Below, piece after piece: positions 61,875 to 64,000 of a stretch of 64,000 bases of DNA. Origin of the DNA: Balamuthia mandrillaris (taxonomy: Eukaryota); contig JAVKOQ020000015.1 in NCBI GenBank assembly GCA_031835245.2, forward strand, positions 186,001 to 250,000. The letters are read 5' to 3'. Below the pieces are notes generated by a model. That model did no database searches. It saw nothing but the letters and a program-made list of their open reading frames with translations, and was not told the DNA's origin. The first letter of the stretch is position 1. The number at the start of each line of letters is the position of its first letter. The position numbers were made by a program, and so were the translations under genes.

Positions 61875-61970
61875 ACAATTAACCTTGTCGCTTTCCTCTG
61901 CTTCATCCTTCGCGTGCTCCTCTCTTGTGCGCCCTTCTCTTCCATCCTCCACTTCTCTTCTCCTCTCCTT
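60720..61970 (-). CDS. Protein with a CCHC zinc knuckle and a C-terminal HExxH zinc metallopeptidase-like domain (5' end uncertain)
   Basis: CGECGHLARYC; spliced LWLMLHEFTHLLE|GCNHWRHDAEFFEQV...HQEK*. Confidence 0.65.
61188..61375. repeat. (CTGTCT)n and (CT)n repeats in an intron
   Basis: Direct observation. Confidence 0.9.
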
Positions 61971-62083
61971 GTTTTTATGGTTTTTTAAAACTTCTCAACA
62001 AGAACACTTTCAGGTAATGTAATGCTTCATTCTTACTTTTTTCTCAAAAAAACAAAAAGAAAAAAAAAACGAACAAACTTCTC

Positions 62084-64000
62084 TCAATAAAAAAAGTAGG
62101 AAGCCACCGCAGAACACGCTCTCCATGCCAATGCCGCAGCCGGCACCACCGAAGCCGCCATCAGCACCTTGTATCCTGTTCTTCCCCACATCTTCACCCT
62201 GGCGGAGACCTGCGGGTTCATCAATCTCCCTTTCGCCAAGACCATCAGCAAAGCTCCCCACAAAGCCACGCTCACCAATTTCAGAACGTCTTCCTCTCCT
62301 CTTCCTCCGTTTCCTCCTCCGTCGAGAATGAAGAGGTCCAACAACAGGACCAACGTCCAACGAATCGAGTCGTTCTGTTGCAGGAAACGCAGGACGCTCC
62401 ACAGCATTTGCATCGAGTGATTGTTGGCGTTGTGGTTGTTGTTGGTCCAGAAGAAGAGAGAAGAGAGGAAAGTAGGTGTGGAGGATGTAAGAAGGAGCTT
62501 GAGGAGCATTTGAAGGTGCTGGTGGATCATCCAACAACGAAGTACGGTCTGAGTGGCAAAGTAGGTTATGGCAAAGGTGAGAAGGCTGAACACGGCGGAG
62601 ATGTACCAGCGGCGACGCCGATACAAGGGGAGAAACAGCCACAGAACGCAGCCAACACCGACCACGAAGCTCACCACGGTTTCAGACCACATCCAAGAAT
62701 CTCCATCCAAAGAACCAGAAGGAGTGGAAAAAGCGAAAGAGAAGAGTTGGTCAACGATCCAAGTGAGAGTGTGCCAGAGCATCGTGGTGGCACGGTTCAA
62801 TAGGAAGGAATAGGCTCCCAACACAAGAAATCCAAAGCCGAAAGGCAGAATGATGTTACTAAAGTCCAACTTTGGTCTTGCGGTGAAAGAGATGGCCACC
62901 AGGAAGGCCAGCAGAGCGAGCTGTGGATAGACACGAAAGAGAAGGAGGAGCTGATGAAGAAGAGAAGGTGGTTGAACGCAGCTGTTACCGCTGAAGAACC
63001 ACCGCAGACAGCATACGAAGAGGATGGAGAGGGAAAAGGCAAGTAGTTGGCGGGTCCACAGGGGAATGTAGGGAATGGTCTCGAACTTGGTGCTTGCTAA
63101 GATGGCGTCCACGGCTTTCTTCTTCTCTTCTTCTTCCAAAGACAAAAGGTCGTGATAAGGACTTGTTTTGTTTGTTGCCTTCTTCTTTTTCTTCTCCTTG
63201 TTTGCGTCTTCATCATCCTCTTTCTCGTTACCATTGGTGTCATTGTGTTGAATCGGTTCTTGTTGTGAAGTGATCGGGAACGATACCTCGGAAAGAAGAC
63301 GGCGCATGATGCCAGGGGGAAGAGACAAGAGGGCCTCTCTTCGGACTTCAGGATCGCTGTCATGCCGCACGCACAGCACAACCGCTCTGTGCACCGCTGC
63401 TGTGGCGTACTTGTAGGGAACACGAGCATACAATCTCAATAACTAGTATAACGACATTCAGTATTAGATATCTAAGTCCACCTCTCTCTGCTCTCGCTCT
63501 GTCTTCTCCTCTCATTTCTTAGCTCTCGTCTCGACAGTTACAAACTTACCTCAATGCGTAGTTGAGGGTCAAGAAGAAGATTGACTTCTTCCACGACGCT
63601 GTAGAGTGATCCTGCGGCCTTTTGTTGAATTGACTTTGTGCCATAACTCTTTAGCCATCTGCTTGCCGTGCGGTACCATGGTTCTTCATAATCCTCTGCC
63701 TCTTCCTCCACGTTTTGCGGTTCCTCGTTTTCTTCTTCTGATTCTTCTTCTTCCTCACTGTCATTTTCGTGCATGTCTGGCAGGATTCCATGATTACCAG
63801 TCTGATCATCGTCATCTTGGTCGCTGTCACTATCATCGCTATCACCATCTCCATCGCCTCCACTGCCACTGCCTTCAACTGCAGAAGTAGAATTATATCT
63901 GCGCTCGGTCTCATTCAAGTCTGGTATTACTCCGTTATTACCGTCCTGTTCAACGGTATTATATTCATCATGGCCATCATTCTCATCTCCATGATTGTTT
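62084..64000 (-). CDS. Hypothetical multi-pass membrane protein with an acidic region and a HEAT-like repeat (5' partial)
   Basis: Acidic exon, intron ~63445-63549, DSDPEVRREALLSL, then about 8 hydrophobic helices. Confidence 0.65.

Overview
Compact, intron-rich eukaryotic genomic DNA: short GT-AG introns packed with CT/GA microsatellites, and AT-rich intergenic spacers of about 40-500 bp. The style and gene content suggest a free-living amoebozoan (Balamuthia/Acanthamoeba-like); this is inference. About 29 protein genes and one tRNA-Gln(CTG) are supported. Housekeeping genes include RFC5, SNRNP27, a mitotic cyclin, a TruA-family PUS, Mog1, an acyl-protein thioesterase, a fructosamine kinase, RRM and thioredoxin-fold proteins, kinases and a SHAQKY Myb. 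Several genes look prokaryote- or virus-like. The top finding is an intronless gene (47796-48371, minus) encoding a 2H phosphoesterase that closely resembles phage anti-CBASS nuclease Acb1 (T4 gp57B), sitting among ordinary eukaryotic genes. Other notable items are an F-box fused to a CPBP/Rce1-type intramembrane protease, a RING-AIG1/Toc34-like GTPase-TM protein, a CCHC-knuckle plus HExxH metallopeptidase, a microbial-type PARG, a DUF4139 protein, a Gly-rich plus bacterial Ig-like surface protein, and a tRNA-Gln with an archaeal-type A1:U72 pair. All family calls come from motif recognition by eye; no database searches were run. Spliced-gene coordinates are outer bounds.
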